64,000 nucleotides of DNA from a virus. How positions within the stretch are numbered: the stretch's first letter is position 1; every line of letters begins with the position of its first letter. The position numbers and the translations under genes are program-made. The stretch is from UHGV virus genome UHGV-0054069. One strand, given 5' to 3'. Below, piece by piece: positions 10,357 through 24,228 of this stretch. A model generated the notes under the pieces. That model was not told the DNA's origin. It made no database searches and worked only from the letters and a program-made list of their open reading frames with translations.

Positions 10357-10764
10357 ATGAAGACTGAAACAAAACATATTAATGGTAAGAAGGTGACAAT
10401 TGTCCTTCTTGGTGCAAGAGATGGTATCAAAATTTCTATGAAGCTTGGTAAGGTCGTTGTACCCACCTTTGCTCAGATGATTACTAGTCTTGCTGGTAAA
10501 GATGGGAATCCAGAAACTCCTAAAGTCCCTTTCAAAGAACTGGTAGAGGCTTGCTTTGACAGAATTGATGAGTTAGATATTGACTCAATGGCAGAATTAC
10601 TATTTCAGGGGGCAACTGTTAATGACTTCCCACTGAAAATTGATAGTTACTTCCAAGCAAACTACGGTGAATTTATTGACTTCTTAGCCTTTGCTTTGGA
10701 GGCAAACTTCGGAAGTTTTTTCGAGGCAAGCATTTTCAAAAGCCTAACTTCTCAGGAAGCTTAA
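10357..10764 (+). CDS. tail assembly chaperone (gpG-like)
   Basis: 135 aa acidic ORF immediately upstream of tape measure; contains in-register slippery heptamer T_TTT_TTC at 10716-10722. Confidence 0.55.
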   Translation: MKTETKHINGKKVTIVLLGARDGIKISMKLGKVVVPTFAQMITSLAGKDGNPETPKVPFKELVEACFDRIDELDIDSMAELLFQGATVNDFPLKIDSYFQANYGEFIDFLAFALEANFGSFFEASIFKSLTSQEA

Positions 10765-10772
10765 AGTATGTT

Positions 10773-11000
10773 ATGCAGACCCCGCTGACTGACGGGGCTG
10801 TAGAATCAACTTATGAAGAAGCAGATGAGATGAAATTTGTGCTTGCCATTTATGGAATGGAAGGGTGTAAAGAAACACTCGACCAACTTTTCTCAATGAC
10901 TTTCGTTGACCTATTATCTCTTCGTCAATATCTGGAAATCCAGAAGTCATATAAAGAAGAAATGGCCTATAACGAACTCAGAAAGGCAGGTAAAATTTAA
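10773..11000 (+). CDS. tail assembly chaperone frameshift extension (gpT-like; probably expressed as fusion 10357..11000 via -1 frameshift)
   Basis: -1 frame is open from 10680 and overlaps 3' end of upstream ORF; slippery site lies inside the overlap. Confidence 0.5.
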   Translation: MQTPLTDGAVESTYEEADEMKFVLAIYGMEGCKETLDQLFSMTFVDLLSLRQYLEIQKSYKEEMAYNELRKAGKI

Positions 11001-13231
11001 TGGCACAGTATACAGTTGATAGTTTTATTGTAGAACTTGGATTCAGTGAAAAGGTTGTAAAAGGTTTACAGAGAGTTGAAAAGATGGCTATGCAATCTGC
11101 TCAACGTATCGAGAAAAACATTAACAAAGCCTTTGACGTGAAGCCTAATAAAAGTTCTCAAGAAGCTCTAAACAGACTTGTTAAAAATGCTCAGACTGCT
11201 TCGGGCAGAATCAATAAATCCCTAAACAAATCTCTCAATTTAGATTCCCAAGGTGTTAAGTCTCTTCGTAAATTAGAGACACAGGGGAAGAAGACAGCCA
11301 AAGAAATTAATAAGGCTCTAAGACAGGCTATGAATGTTGATGGTAAAGTCAAGATTCGTGGTGTTGGTAGAGGCCGTGGTAATTCTAATCCTCCAATTGG
11401 TGGAGGTTCACCAAGAGTTAGACCTGATATTGCTCAGAGACAAATGGAAAGGATGTTTAATAACAACTTCTACTCTGGCCTTACTCGTCGTCTTGAAACT
11501 ATTGGTGGACAGGGTAACCAAATGGCTGCTTCTTTCAGAGGCAACTTGCAAGGAATCTATAACAAGTATAAAGGGAGTGGTAAGGTTGGTGAATATGAGA
11601 TGGAAGTTAAAAAACTCATTGACACAACCAAACGTTGGGTTATTGCAGAAAATGCTAGACTTAAGGCAGTCAGGGAGTCAGCTTGGCTACAGGATAGAGC
11701 AAACTCTTCACTAAGACAGTTAATTGGTGGTTTTGTTTCTGCCTATGCTTTGTTAGAATTAGCTCAGAAGACAATTGATGCAGGTGTTAAAAGACAGTCT
11801 GCACAGTTAGCCTCAACAGCTATCTTTGGAGCAGATACACAACAAGCTAGAATGTTCGCTGCTACGTTCGCTCACCAGATTGGTCAGAACTATACAGACA
11901 CTATGAAGCAGTACTCAAACTTCGCTGCTGGTGCTCAACCTGCACTTGGTTTTGAAGGTACTCAGGAGTTTTATAAGAATGCTGCAATGTTCTCTCGTAT
12001 TAGAGGGGCATCTGATGAAGACTTGAAAGGTATCATGGTTGCTTTCCAGCAAATGGCATCTAAGGGTAAAGTTCAGGCTGAAGAACTTCGTGGTCAGTTA
12101 GGTGACCGTTTGGCAGGTGCTGTTCAGTTGTTCTCTGATGCTATTGGTAAGACTCCACAAGAACTTGATAAATTGATGCAGGATGGTAAGCTACTTGCTA
12201 AAGACGTTCTTCCAAAAGTCTCTGAGAAGATGAGAGAATTGGTTGACGCAGCAGGTGGTATGAATGCTGTATCTAAGCAGACTGCTACATCAATGGGCCA
12301 AGCAAAAGCTATGTGGGATAACACCTTAGTGGCTCTCTTCAACAGCTCTAGTGAGGGTATCTCACAGTTGTCTAACTCCGTTGCAATGTTCTTGCAAGGT
12401 TCCCTTGGGGCTACTGAAGCTCTTGGGACTGGTATTGACTACCTGTTAAAAGGTGCTAGTAACCTTCTGGACTTCATCACAGATATTATGTATCGAATCT
12501 CTGGACTGTACTACCTAGCAATGGGATACTACAGTGATTTAGGTGCAAGTCAACAGAAACTTATCAAGGAATCTGCTGAGTTAGTTGCAACGTTTACTGC
12601 TATCGGTGTTGCAATTGCAGCTATCACGAAAGTTGCTAAAATCTTCGGTGGTACTGTAGCATTTGTCAAGAGTATTTTTGAAGAAGGTATTTTGGCTAAG
12701 ATTGCTCAAAAGCTTGGTCTGACAACCGCAGCAGAGACAGTAGCTACAACGGCTGGTGTAACAGGAACTAGAATGGCTCTTGGTGTAGGTGGTTCTGCAC
12801 TTATGATTTCAAGTTCGGCTGACCCAAATGCTGGGAAGAGATTTAGTGATGTTAATACACCAAACCCTTTCAACGAAGCTATTGCTGGGGTTACCAATGC
12901 TAAACGTCCGATGTTCTTTGACCAAAATGGACAGTTGAGGTTCGCACAATATACCACTGACACTTCTGGAAATATTCAGAGAGTGGATAATGGATTGTCA
13001 AATTGGGATATCATCATGAACAACCTGTCTGAGTCTTTAAACAACTTTGCAACTAAGTTTAACCAGACACCAATGATGATGAGTCCATCTGGATTCCCAT
13101 TACAAACTAAGCAGACGCTTAATGTTTCCTTTAATCTGGATGGTAAGCAGATTGCTAATAAAATGGTGGATATCACTAATAAGAGTCAGGAAGATATTCT
13201 GTTAAGTTCTAGCTACCCAGAGGATGAATAA
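11000..13231 (+). CDS. tail tape measure protein
   Basis: 743 aa, long alpha-helical/coiled-coil-type sequence, Gly-rich and hydrophobic C-terminal segments; follows chaperone pair. Confidence 0.75.
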   Translation: MAQYTVDSFIVELGFSEKVVKGLQRVEKMAMQSAQRIEKNINKAFDVKPNKSSQEALNRLVKNAQTASGRINKSLNKSLNLDSQGVKSLRKLETQGKKTAKEINKALRQAMNVDGKVKIRGVGRGRGNSNPPIGGGSPRVRPDIAQRQMERMFNNNFYSGLTRRLETIGGQGNQMAASFRGNLQGIYNKYKGSGKVGEYEMEVKKLIDTTKRWVIAENARLKAVRESAWLQDRANSSLRQLIGGFVSAYALLELAQKTIDAGVKRQSAQLASTAIFGADTQQARMFAATFAHQIGQNYTDTMKQYSNFAAGAQPALGFEGTQEFYKNAAMFSRIRGASDEDLKGIMVAFQQMASKGKVQAEELRGQLGDRLAGAVQLFSDAIGKTPQELDKLMQDGKLLAKDVLPKVSEKMRELVDAAGGMNAVSKQTATSMGQAKAMWDNTLVALFNSSSEGISQLSNSVAMFLQGSLGATEALGTGIDYLLKGASNLLDFITDIMYRISGLYYLAMGYYSDLGASQQKLIKESAELVATFTAIGVAIAAITKVAKIFGGTVAFVKSIFEEGILAKIAQKLGLTTAAETVATTAGVTGTRMALGVGGSALMISSSADPNAGKRFSDVNTPNPFNEAIAGVTNAKRPMFFDQNGQLRFAQYTTDTSGNIQRVDNGLSNWDIIMNNLSESLNNFATKFNQTPMMMSPSGFPLQTKQTLNVSFNLDGKQIANKMVDITNKSQEDILLSSSYPEDE

Positions 13232-14036
13232 TGTTATGGGATAACAACATGCAAATCAAGTATTCTGGAAAGGATGGTATTTATTTCCATCTGAGGGATA
13301 ATGTAGATGCTTTCCTTACACTATCTGCAACAGAAAACATGGAGTATGACTCACCTATGTTGGTGACAACTCAATCGGTTCAAAGTGGTCAAACAGTCAC
13401 AGATAACGTACAGCGTTCTCCAAAGACTATTTCCATTAGTGGTGTTGTTGTAGTGGGCTACGAAGGTAGCCTTCTATTAACTCGTCAAGGTCAACTTGTA
13501 GAGAACTTCATTAGCACAGTTGAAACGTGGAGAGACCAGAAACAGATTATTTCAATTGTCTGTAAAGATGGTATCAAGATTGATGATTCTATTATTACAC
13601 AGTTTAAAGCTTCGAAGGAACATACAATTGCTAATGGTCTTCGTATTCAGATGACCTTTCAAGAAATTAACTTTAAAGCTGTAGTTGGGACAACTGATGT
13701 TTCTGCTGCAACTGGTAAAACATCGACGACAAAAGATGATGGAGTTACTTCTAAGAAGAATACAGGTAACACTACAACATCTATTGGAAATGGTAAACTG
13801 AACTGTCAACTATTATATGACTTGCGAGCTAACGGAGTAAGACCACTTTCTAGTGCAGAACAGAAAGCTTTAGGTAATTGCGGTCTTTCTGCAAACACTA
13901 GTAAAGGTGTTACATCATTTAGTGATAAAGCTAACGCTGATGCTGCAAGTGCAATTAGGCAGTCTCAACTTACTGCTGGTGAAGGTAATGCACTTAAGAC
14001 TCATTCTGTAAACCCTAACAAAAAAGGAACTTACTA

Positions 14037-14037
<1 letters not shown>
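13231..14037 (+). CDS. tail/baseplate hub protein (hypothetical)
   Basis: 268 aa ORF coupled to tape measure stop. Confidence 0.45.
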
Positions 14038-15992
<1,955 letters not shown>

Positions 15993-15993
<1 letters not shown>

Positions 15994-16409
15994 TGAAGAC
16001 AGATTTTGCAATTAATCTTGGTGGAGACTACGTAGCGAAAATGGGTAATGACTCTGTATACGTAGCCCACGGAGATTTAAAAATTACGGGTAATCAAATT
16101 AGAATTATCCCAGAAGATGATAAAGCTACACAGGTAGCACAGAGATTACATATTAGGTGTCTTCTAAGGGCTGGAGAAGTGTTCTTTAATACCTCTGCTG
16201 GGTTCCCTTATTTGCAGCTTGCTAAGTTTAAACAGAAGACCTCTATTTTTGATAATTATATGAAAGGTTACCTTGTTGAAACGAGAGATGTAACAAACAT
16301 CTACAACTACTCTTCAACAATGGACAATGCAATGAGAAAAGTGTCAGTCAGATTTAATGCAACGACAACTGCTGACAATGTTGAAATTAATACAGAGGTA
16401 AACATTTAA
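15993..16409 (+). CDS. putative baseplate wedge protein (gpW/gp25-like)
   Basis: 138 aa ORF upstream of large J-like ORF; size and order typical. Confidence 0.4.
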
Positions 16410-17878
16410 TGGCTGGATTAACAAATACAGGTTTACAAACAAAAAGATATCAAGAAATCTTGGATGATGTTAAAGCAAGTCTGTATAGAGATATCTCACC
16501 AAACCTTGATGTTTCTGAAGATAGCGAACTTGGGTTATTCTTAGCTTCTGTTTGCCGAGGTCTTGCAGACGTTCATGAAATCTTGTCAGAAATCTATGAT
16601 GGTGGTACTATTGACAAAGCTGAAGGATTCAGTTTAGATGATGTAACAGCTTTGAATGCTGTATACAGATATGTGGCACAGGCTACAAGAGGTCAAGCTG
16701 AGTTCACTGGTAATTCTGGTGCTCCTGTACCAGCCACTACAAGATTAAGAAGCACAGCAGGTAACATCTTTTACCCTGTGTCAACTTTCACACTGACTCC
16801 ATCTTATTGTGTAGAGGCAAACTTAGAAGTTAACTCTTTACGAACAGATGCAAACTATGTCATTATCATTGACAACATTGAGTATTCATATCAGCCGACT
16901 AGCTCTGACACCATTACAACATTGCTACAGAAACTTGCAGACTCTATCAATGGTGGTATTGTTGCAAAGGCTGAAGTTATTAATGATGGTTCAGTGCTAA
17001 GAATTTATAAAGACACTGGAGATATCATTGCCAGAACTAACCCTATGGTTGTGACTGCAACGACATTCTTAACATTTACAAAGATTACCTCAATCAGTGA
17101 CGTTGTAGCAGATGAAACTGGAGCTATCCAGACTCTGGCAGGAACCTTGATTGAGATTGAAACAACTGTAGATGGTCTTGACAGTGTTTTCAACAGATAT
17201 GACTTGACAACTGGTCGTGATGAGGAAACTGACACAGAACTGAGACAACGTTACTTAGAATCTTTGGCTGTTACTGGTGTGGGTACTCTGGATGCTATTG
17301 TAGCTGCTGTAAAGAGAGTTCAAGGTGTGTCTGACGCTTCTGGTGTAGAGAATGACACTGAGACAACAAACTCTGATGGTCTTCCTCCGAAGTCTTTTAA
17401 GATTGTTGTAGTTGGTGGTCAGAATGATAATATTGCACAGGCAATCTGGGACACGAAACCTGCTGGTATTCGCCCATTTGGTTCAATCTTTGGGACTGCA
17501 TATGACTTAGGTTCTCTCCCTCATGATGTTTACTTTAGCAGACCAATGCCTAAATATGTTTTTGTCAAGGTTGCTTACTCTCTTTACGATGAAGAAACTC
17601 TTAACATCCCTGAACAGGATATTCACGACAGGATTGTTCAAGGCATTAATGCCTATGGTAGAACATTGAAAGTGGGTAATGATGTAATCCCTAATAGAAT
17701 CTATGGACATATCTATGATGTGATTCAAGGTATTGAAATTAATGAGATTAAGGTTGCACTCTCAAATAACCAAGCAATCCCACCTGCTGAGGGCCAGTAC
17801 ACTACTTCAAGAATCACTATTGATGGTGACCAGTACACTGTTTGGGAAAGCTCACAGTATACAATTGCCAAGGAGTAA
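16409..17878 (+). CDS. putative baseplate J-like protein
   Basis: 489 aa ORF in baseplate block. Confidence 0.45.
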   Translation: MAGLTNTGLQTKRYQEILDDVKASLYRDISPNLDVSEDSELGLFLASVCRGLADVHEILSEIYDGGTIDKAEGFSLDDVTALNAVYRYVAQATRGQAEFTGNSGAPVPATTRLRSTAGNIFYPVSTFTLTPSYCVEANLEVNSLRTDANYVIIIDNIEYSYQPTSSDTITTLLQKLADSINGGIVAKAEVINDGSVLRIYKDTGDIIARTNPMVVTATTFLTFTKITSISDVVADETGAIQTLAGTLIEIETTVDGLDSVFNRYDLTTGRDEETDTELRQRYLESLAVTGVGTLDAIVAAVKRVQGVSDASGVENDTETTNSDGLPPKSFKIVVVGGQNDNIAQAIWDTKPAGIRPFGSIFGTAYDLGSLPHDVYFSRPMPKYVFVKVAYSLYDEETLNIPEQDIHDRIVQGINAYGRTLKVGNDVIPNRIYGHIYDVIQGIEINEIKVALSNNQAIPPAEGQYTTSRITIDGDQYTVWESSQYTIAKE

Positions 17879-17880
17879 CA

Positions 17881-18738
17881 ATGTTTAAAAAGATTGAAAA
17901 CTTTTATGAGAAAACATTGGACGAAAGAACTGTAACTCAATTCAAAGACAAGTTTATCTACACAAGCCTATTGAAATCTATCACAGATGAGTTACAATTA
18001 TTAGAGGATATTAGTAATCAGTTATATACTGAAAGGAATATTCGTGTAGGTGTTGGCACACAACTTGATAACATCGGGGCTTTAATTAAAGTCCCTAGAC
18101 CTATTGGTGCTGATGATGACACTTACAGAGCTATCCTCTACATTCAAATTTTCTTAAGACGTTCTGACACTACACCAAGCTTTTTACAAAAAGCTGTCAT
18201 GACTCTTTACGATGCCTCATTCAGCCAGATTTTTGAGCATATTACGCCAAATACTGGTGGGATTGTTGTCCGTGTAAACACTCGTAATAATGTGTTAGAT
18301 ACAGCATACACGCTTTCTAAGATTGCTGCAACAACTATTGGTTCAGCAGTTATCCTTAGAGATGTTACCTTAAATGGTACTGCTTGGACTCCTGTAGAGG
18401 TTGCTGATTCATCTCTGGCAATCACTGATGAGAGCAACAACTGGTTCGTAACCAACACTAACAAGGGTCTAATTACGAACAACACAGGTGGCTCCCTAGA
18501 AGCAAATAAATTAGGTAGTTTTGCAGATGCAGGTGTAAGAGATGGTTATGTCAGAGTTGATAAAACTGGTGGCAGTGCCAGTAAAGATTATTTAAAAGTC
18601 AGCAAAACAAACAATAGCAACGACTATTTTATTGCTGGTAAAGAAACAGTAGCGGGTGGTGATTATGGGGTTATGGCAGAAGTCGCCCAAATCGTCAAAG
18701 GCAGAAAAGATAAATCTCAACAAGAAGGAAGTTCATAA
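17881..18738 (+). CDS. putative baseplate/tail-fiber-associated protein
   Basis: ATG at 17881 (MFKKIEN) abuts upstream stop; track start 17842 overlaps upstream gene and is less likely. Confidence 0.4.
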   Translation: MFKKIENFYEKTLDERTVTQFKDKFIYTSLLKSITDELQLLEDISNQLYTERNIRVGVGTQLDNIGALIKVPRPIGADDDTYRAILYIQIFLRRSDTTPSFLQKAVMTLYDASFSQIFEHITPNTGGIVVRVNTRNNVLDTAYTLSKIAATTIGSAVILRDVTLNGTAWTPVEVADSSLAITDESNNWFVTNTNKGLITNNTGGSLEANKLGSFADAGVRDGYVRVDKTGGSASKDYLKVSKTNNSNDYFIAGKETVAGGDYGVMAEVAQIVKGRKDKSQQEGSS

Positions 18739-19037
18739 TGTCTCTTTCATGGTCTACAGACACAGTGGATGCTGATGGTAACCAGCTTAAAGTTTTACCA
18801 CCTCCAGAAATTCAAGCCACTGGCCTATTAAGGGGTGAGCCTATGGGTCGTCAGTGGTTCAACTATATTATCAACTATTTGCTTAATAAAGTAAATGGTA
18901 CGGTTGGAGAGGTTCGTTCATTTGCTACGGAGCAACCTGATTTAGTTGCCAATGGTTGGGAATTAATTGACACAGTAACAGGGACTGCACACACCAGCAC
19001 TACTAACCTTTACACATATGAATATAAAGGGAGCTAA
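18738..19037 (+). CDS. hypothetical tail protein
   Basis: 99 aa ORF between baseplate and fiber genes. Confidence 0.4.
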   Translation: MSLSWSTDTVDADGNQLKVLPPPEIQATGLLRGEPMGRQWFNYIINYLLNKVNGTVGEVRSFATEQPDLVANGWELIDTVTGTAHTSTTNLYTYEYKGS

Positions 19038-19039
19038 TA

Positions 19040-20215
19040 ATGGCAGTCGGTGAAATTCAAATTAGTGCATTACCTCAAGCCTCATTACCTATTGATTTAA
19101 GTGATATCTTTCACCTTAAGCAAGGTATTGAGGATAGGCGATGCACACTTGAGCAATTACTTGCTCCACACGCATCTTTGAGAAATAACCCACACGGTGT
19201 TACAAAGGTTCACGTAGACCTTGGGAATGTTGTTAATGCACTCCAATTAGTGGCTGCTAATAACTTGTCAGATGTGGTCAGTGTTGAAGAGGCTAGACAG
19301 AATCTTAATATTCTATCAAGTGATGAAGTCAATACTCTTATCCAGAACCACATTAATGACAAGAATAATCCTCACAACACCAACAAGATTCAAGTAGGTT
19401 TGTCTAATATCCAAAACTGGACATATTCAAACTCTTATTCTGAAGATGCTGATAAGTATGCTACTGCAAAAGCTGTGAATGCTTTATATAGAGCTATTCA
19501 GGATAGCTATCCAATTGGTACTATTCATTTATCAGTTAACCCTGCGAACCCAACTACATATTTACTTTGTGGTGGTACTTGGGAGTTAGTTTCTAAAGGA
19601 AGGTCTCTTGTTGGTTATGACACAGATACAAGACCTGTAGAATCAGTATTTGGTTCTGCTACTGCAACACTTACACAAAATAACATTCCAAGTCACACAC
19701 ACTCTGTGTTGCTAACTGGTGGTGGGCACTCTCATAATGCAACAGTAGTAATTTCTAGCTTTGACTATGGGATTAAGAACACATCAAGTTTTGATTATGA
19801 TTCTAAGGCCACAAATGACTCTGGAAGCCACGCTCATAACGTTAATGGTTCTGTAAGCAGTGCTGGTAGCCACAGCCACAGGATTCCATTGAGGGGTTCT
19901 GACAGGGGTGGTGTGAACGCTATCACAGCATCGGCTGATGCAGGTATTGGTAATGCGTCATATACAGACTTTGATGGGGTTCATACACATACATTCAACG
20001 TTAACTCTTCAGTTGGTGGTAACCACTCTCACAGTGTGTATATTGGAGCACATGGACACAGTGTTGTAATTGGTTCGCATGGACACTCTGGTACTGTGAC
20101 AGTTCAATCTTCTGAACACACTCACTCAGGAACAACTGGTGCATTTGGTGCTGGACAAGCATTTAATATTGAGCAACCTTCTTATGTTGTATATGTTTGG
20201 AAGAGAACTGCGTAA
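19040..20215 (+). CDS. tail fiber protein (short) with His-rich C-terminal tip
   Basis: Repeated HxH motifs (HTHS, HSHN, HAHN, HSHR, HTHT, HSHS, HGHS) and C-terminus YVWKRTA shared with the downstream long fiber. Confidence 0.6.
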   Translation: MAVGEIQISALPQASLPIDLSDIFHLKQGIEDRRCTLEQLLAPHASLRNNPHGVTKVHVDLGNVVNALQLVAANNLSDVVSVEEARQNLNILSSDEVNTLIQNHINDKNNPHNTNKIQVGLSNIQNWTYSNSYSEDADKYATAKAVNALYRAIQDSYPIGTIHLSVNPANPTTYLLCGGTWELVSKGRSLVGYDTDTRPVESVFGSATATLTQNNIPSHTHSVLLTGGGHSHNATVVISSFDYGIKNTSSFDYDSKATNDSGSHAHNVNGSVSSAGSHSHRIPLRGSDRGGVNAITASADAGIGNASYTDFDGVHTHTFNVNSSVGGNHSHSVYIGAHGHSVVIGSHGHSGTVTVQSSEHTHSGTTGAFGAGQAFNIEQPSYVVYVWKRTA

Positions 20216-20260
20216 TTATTTTATAAGGGGCTACACAGCCCCTAGAAAGAGGATTTATAA

Positions 20261-22636
20261 ATGGCTGAATATAAGCTAAGTGAGCTAAACAGTATTGACA
20301 CAGTTCGCTCAGAAGATTTACTTCACCTAAGAATTATCAAAAGGTCTGATATGCTAGGTGATGAAGACCGTAAAATGACCTATGCAAATTTCCTTGCCTC
20401 TTTCAAACTAGAAAGATTCTTACAACTAACTGGTGGGGATATGACAGGGAATCTTGGCATCGTCAAATTAAGATACGGTGGAAAAGACTTATTAGACCCA
20501 ACAGGTTCTTCTGAGGTTATTCTCGGTGACACTGCCAAGACCTTTAGAATTAATGCGAGTGCTTTAAGATTAACTGTAAACGATGCCACAAGGTCTGCAA
20601 CAGTTTATCACACACTTAATAAACCATCTCCTAATGAATTAGGTATGAGAACTAATACTGAAAATGATGCAAGATATGCTATGAAGGAAACTGAAAATAC
20701 TTTCTTGGCAAGACAAATCATTAATATCAACGGTGTTGGTCTAACACTTAAAAGTATCTTACCAGATGGTGGAGCATATATTGAAGCAAGGGACTCAAAT
20801 AATGCTTTGAGATTCACAGTTGGTAACTTGACTTCTGGTACTGATGTTACATTAGTTAATAGTAAGGGTGCTACGTTGACTCTTGGCACAAACTCTGTTA
20901 GTGTTGATAAGAATTTTGAAATCAATGGACAGGTTCAGCCTAATAACTGGAATAACCTTGATGCAAGATTCTTTACACAAACTGCTGCTGACCAGAGATT
21001 TGCAAAACTTAATGCAAGTAATAACTTTGTTGGGGTTAACAACTTCAATGGTAAGACTTATGTTATTGCAGATAGTAATGCACTTAACTTAAGAGCGGTT
21101 ACAGAGAATGCTGCATTATTTATGCGTGGTTATAACAGTGCTGGGACAGGAACTTGGTATGTAGGTCAACCAGATGGTACGCAGTCTGAGATTGTTTTAG
21201 CAAACCAGATGACAAATGTTAACTTGAAAATTGCTACAGAGTTTTCATTTAACAAAGCTATCAATGTAGCTGGTCAGGTAAAACCAAGTGACTTTTCTAA
21301 CTTTGATACAAGATATGTTCCAAGCTCTTTGACGAACGTTCTTGCAAGAACTAATGCTGCAAACGTTTTTACTAGTCCACAGACTATCAATACTGACAGC
21401 GACAATCCTTTTAGACTACAGGCAACAGTACAAGACTCTGGAATCTACATGTCTGCACATAATGCTAATGGGGGCAGGAGATGGTGGTTGGGTATTGGTG
21501 ATGCTGGTCAAAACAATGTGGTACTTAACAATGATGTAACAGGAAAGGCAATCAATATTGGTACTGATTTAGATGTGAATACACATGTGAATATTGTTGG
21601 ACAAGTAAGACCAAGCGATTGGTCAAACTTTGACTCAAGATACTACACACAATCTGCTTCAAACTCAAGATATATGTTGTCTGGTGTATCTGGAACGGGA
21701 ACAGAAGTTGGTGATACAACAGGTATTGCTTGGAATTCAAAAACAGGTTTGTACAGTGTTACAAATTCAACTGGTGGGTCTACTCACTTAGTTTACCAAA
21801 TGTACCTTGGAGTTGGTGCATCTACACCGACTGCACAGTTTAAATTTAACTACAAGAATACTGGAATCTATTATAGAACAGCAAGGGATGGATTTGGTTT
21901 TGAAGAGGTTTGGGCTAAAATCTACACAGACCAAGACAAACCTACACCCTCTGAACTTGGTGCTTACACCAAGGCTGAAGTAGACCAACGTATTGCTTCC
22001 GCTGTAACTGATGCTACAGACCTTAAGAAAGTGTATCCAGTTGGTATTGTGACGTTCTTTGCTTCTAATGTCAACCCAAATACAGCTTTCCCAGGCACTA
22101 CTTGGACTTACTTAACTGAGGGTGCAAACAGAACTATTAGGATTGGTTCTGAAAATGGCTCTGATGTGAAAGGTCTTGGTGGTGCTGATACGGTTGCATT
22201 AAGTGTTGGTCACATCCCTGCACACACTCACGGCTTCTCTGGGACAACTTCTTGGTTTGACTATGGAACTAAGTACACAGATGGTCAGGGTGCTCACGAC
22301 CATGACAGAGGTAATATGGAAATCTCTGGTAACTTTGGATGGTTTAGAAGTGATAATAACTCGTTCTACGTTGCAGACGGTGCTTTTGCAATGAGTGGTA
22401 GCCAAGGTGGGCATAGCTGGACAGGTTCTAACTTCACTTATGGTGCGCCAGTTAACTTCTATGCTTCCAGAACTTGGACAGGTAGAACAAGTTGGGGAGG
22501 TGCTCATGCTCACGGTGTAGGCATTGGTGGACACAACCACACATTCAGTGGTGACACTGGTGCAACTGGTTCTGGTGCAGCATTCAGTGTTCTTAACACT
22601 TACATTAAACTAATGGCTTGGGTAAGAACTGCATAA
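20261..22636 (+). CDS. tail fiber protein (long)
   Basis: 791 aa, repetitive N/T/G-rich beta-type sequence, C-terminal HxH module (HTHG, HDHD, HAHG, HNHT) and terminal MAWVRTA. Confidence 0.65.
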   Translation: MAEYKLSELNSIDTVRSEDLLHLRIIKRSDMLGDEDRKMTYANFLASFKLERFLQLTGGDMTGNLGIVKLRYGGKDLLDPTGSSEVILGDTAKTFRINASALRLTVNDATRSATVYHTLNKPSPNELGMRTNTENDARYAMKETENTFLARQIININGVGLTLKSILPDGGAYIEARDSNNALRFTVGNLTSGTDVTLVNSKGATLTLGTNSVSVDKNFEINGQVQPNNWNNLDARFFTQTAADQRFAKLNASNNFVGVNNFNGKTYVIADSNALNLRAVTENAALFMRGYNSAGTGTWYVGQPDGTQSEIVLANQMTNVNLKIATEFSFNKAINVAGQVKPSDFSNFDTRYVPSSLTNVLARTNAANVFTSPQTINTDSDNPFRLQATVQDSGIYMSAHNANGGRRWWLGIGDAGQNNVVLNNDVTGKAINIGTDLDVNTHVNIVGQVRPSDWSNFDSRYYTQSASNSRYMLSGVSGTGTEVGDTTGIAWNSKTGLYSVTNSTGGSTHLVYQMYLGVGASTPTAQFKFNYKNTGIYYRTARDGFGFEEVWAKIYTDQDKPTPSELGAYTKAEVDQRIASAVTDATDLKKVYPVGIVTFFASNVNPNTAFPGTTWTYLTEGANRTIRIGSENGSDVKGLGGADTVALSVGHIPAHTHGFSGTTSWFDYGTKYTDGQGAHDHDRGNMEISGNFGWFRSDNNSFYVADGAFAMSGSQGGHSWTGSNFTYGAPVNFYASRTWTGRTSWGGAHAHGVGIGGHNHTFSGDTGATGSGAAFSVLNTYIKLMAWVRTA

Positions 22637-22644
22637 TTACCTTG

Positions 22645-22672
22645 TTGACTAACTGTCAAGATGGTGTTAATA
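22645..22672 (+). promoter_or_regulatory. candidate sigma70-type promoter with flanking 10-bp inverted repeat (22657-22666 / 22691-22700)
   Basis: TTGACT-N16-TTAATA; CAAGATGGTG ... CACCATCTTG perfect inverted repeat. Confidence 0.3.
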
Positions 22673-22722
22673 TTTCTTAGTAGGTATTCTCACCATCTTG
22701 GCTCAAGAAGTAAGGTGATTAA

Positions 22723-22917
22723 ATGCCAACCATTCTAGCAATCCTCTTGAAAAATCTTGGGGCATTCTTCTGGAAGCTTCTACTTTCTCTTCTTAGCGAA
22801 TACATGATTGAAAAAGTGTTCTTCAAGCTTGCAAGATACCTTGCGAGTAAAACAGACACACCTATTGATGATGAATTTGTAGATACCTTGGAAAAGGCTT
22901 TTAAGGGTGAAAAATAA
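22723..22917 (+). CDS. small membrane protein (holin candidate)
   Basis: 64 aa, single N-terminal hydrophobic segment, charged C-terminus. Confidence 0.35.
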   Translation: MPTILAILLKNLGAFFWKLLLSLLSEYMIEKVFFKLARYLASKTDTPIDDEFVDTLEKAFKGEK

Positions 22918-23291
22918 TGAAGTGGATTGAAGAGGCTTTTAAGAACAACATTGGTGCAATTGTTGTAGGTATTTTCAGTGTAATTGGTATGTACACTACG
23001 ATGCAGGTCTCTGATGGAAAGCAAGAAGTTTCTATCAACACAAAGTTACAACAGTTGGATGGTTACTCAAAAGGTAACTATTCAGCTATTCGTGATTTAC
23101 AGTCTGATATGAAACTCCTTCAGTTAGGGATGGAAAACCAGAAAGTGCAGTTAGAGAACGTTAAAGGTGAAAACGCTAAGTTGACCAAAACCCTTGATAA
23201 ATTCTCAGATAGTGTGAACAACTTAGCACAGTCTGTATCAGCTTTACAAGCAATTACCGAACAAAATACACAGAATGCTAAAAAGAAATAA
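22917..23291 (+). CDS. membrane-anchored coiled-coil protein
   Basis: 124 aa, N-terminal TM-like segment (IGAIVVGIFSVIGMY) then coiled-coil; followed by terminator. Confidence 0.35.
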   Translation: MKWIEEAFKNNIGAIVVGIFSVIGMYTTMQVSDGKQEVSINTKLQQLDGYSKGNYSAIRDLQSDMKLLQLGMENQKVQLENVKGENAKLTKTLDKFSDSVNNLAQSVSALQAITEQNTQNAKKK

Positions 23292-23295
23292 TGCT

Positions 23296-23324
23296 AAGGC
23301 TCCCGTAAAAAGGAGCCTTTTTTG
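23296..23324. terminator. bidirectional rho-independent terminator between convergent gene blocks
   Basis: GGCTCC-loop-GGAGCC stem followed by TTTTTTG on + strand, A-run upstream; separates + structural block from - thyA block. Confidence 0.55.
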
Positions 23325-23327
23325 TAT

Positions 23328-24227
23328 CTACTTACCTACTGACAAGGGAGCTTCAATCTTACCAGCATGTCGGTAATCTTTCAAGCCACCTATAAAGTCA
23401 CTTGCTGTTAAGTGTTTCAGGTCATCAATACTGTTTAACTCAACATCAATCTCAAATTTAGGTGCTGGGTAATCTTCGTTACCTAACAACTGATAAACTT
23501 GCTGCATATGGTTCAGGTAAATCTGGGTATCACCAAAAGTACCAACAAGATAACGTGGAGTTAAACCTGTCATCTTACAAAGCACATGTAGGATAAACCC
23601 ATAAGATGCAATGTTAAAGGGCAAACCTAAAAATGTGTCGCATGAACGCTGATACCATTTCAAGTCAACCTCTCCAGTATTCGAGATATAAATCTGGAAA
23701 AGTACATGACAAGGGGCTAATGCCATAGAGTTGCTTGAGATATCTGCTGCATTCCATGCGTTAACCAGCATGTAACGGTCTGTAGGAGACTTTTTCATCT
23801 TATCCACAAGATTACTCAACTGGTCAACGACAACCCCACCATGCCCCTCAAAAGCCCTCCATTGGACACCATAGATTCGTCCACCTGCATCTTCCAACCA
23901 ATCATTTTCAGTTGCATAGGTTGTCTTTAACCAACGTTCAAAATCATCTGTCCAGATAGTCCAACGCTCTCCATCGTTCTCTCCCCAAGTTCTGTAACGT
24001 AAATCACCCAACTTGTTTTCACCATTCAAAAACCACAATGCTTCACCGATAACTTGACGCATAAAGGTTTGCTTTGAAGTGATTAACGGGAAACCACTAC
24101 GCATATCAAAACGAAATTCTGGAGGTGCAAACGTTGTAACAACCTTTCCAGTTCTTGTTTTACGTTCTTCCCCAACAGAAAGAACATGGTTGAGAATCCC
24201 TTTGTAACTTATATCTGCTTGTGACAT
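23328..24227 (-). CDS. thyA: thymidylate synthase
   Basis: Active-site region LAPCHVLFQ, conserved folate-binding segments; 299 aa. Confidence 0.85.
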   Translation of the reverse strand: MSQADISYKGILNHVLSVGEERKTRTGKVVTTFAPPEFRFDMRSGFPLITSKQTFMRQVIGEALWFLNGENKLGDLRYRTWGENDGERWTIWTDDFERWLKTTYATENDWLEDAGGRIYGVQWRAFEGHGGVVVDQLSNLVDKMKKSPTDRYMLVNAWNAADISSNSMALAPCHVLFQIYISNTGEVDLKWYQRSCDTFLGLPFNIASYGFILHVLCKMTGLTPRYLVGTFGDTQIYLNHMQQVYQLLGNEDYPAPKFEIDVELNSIDDLKHLTASDFIGGLKDYRHAGKIEAPLSVGK

Positions 24228-24228
24228 A

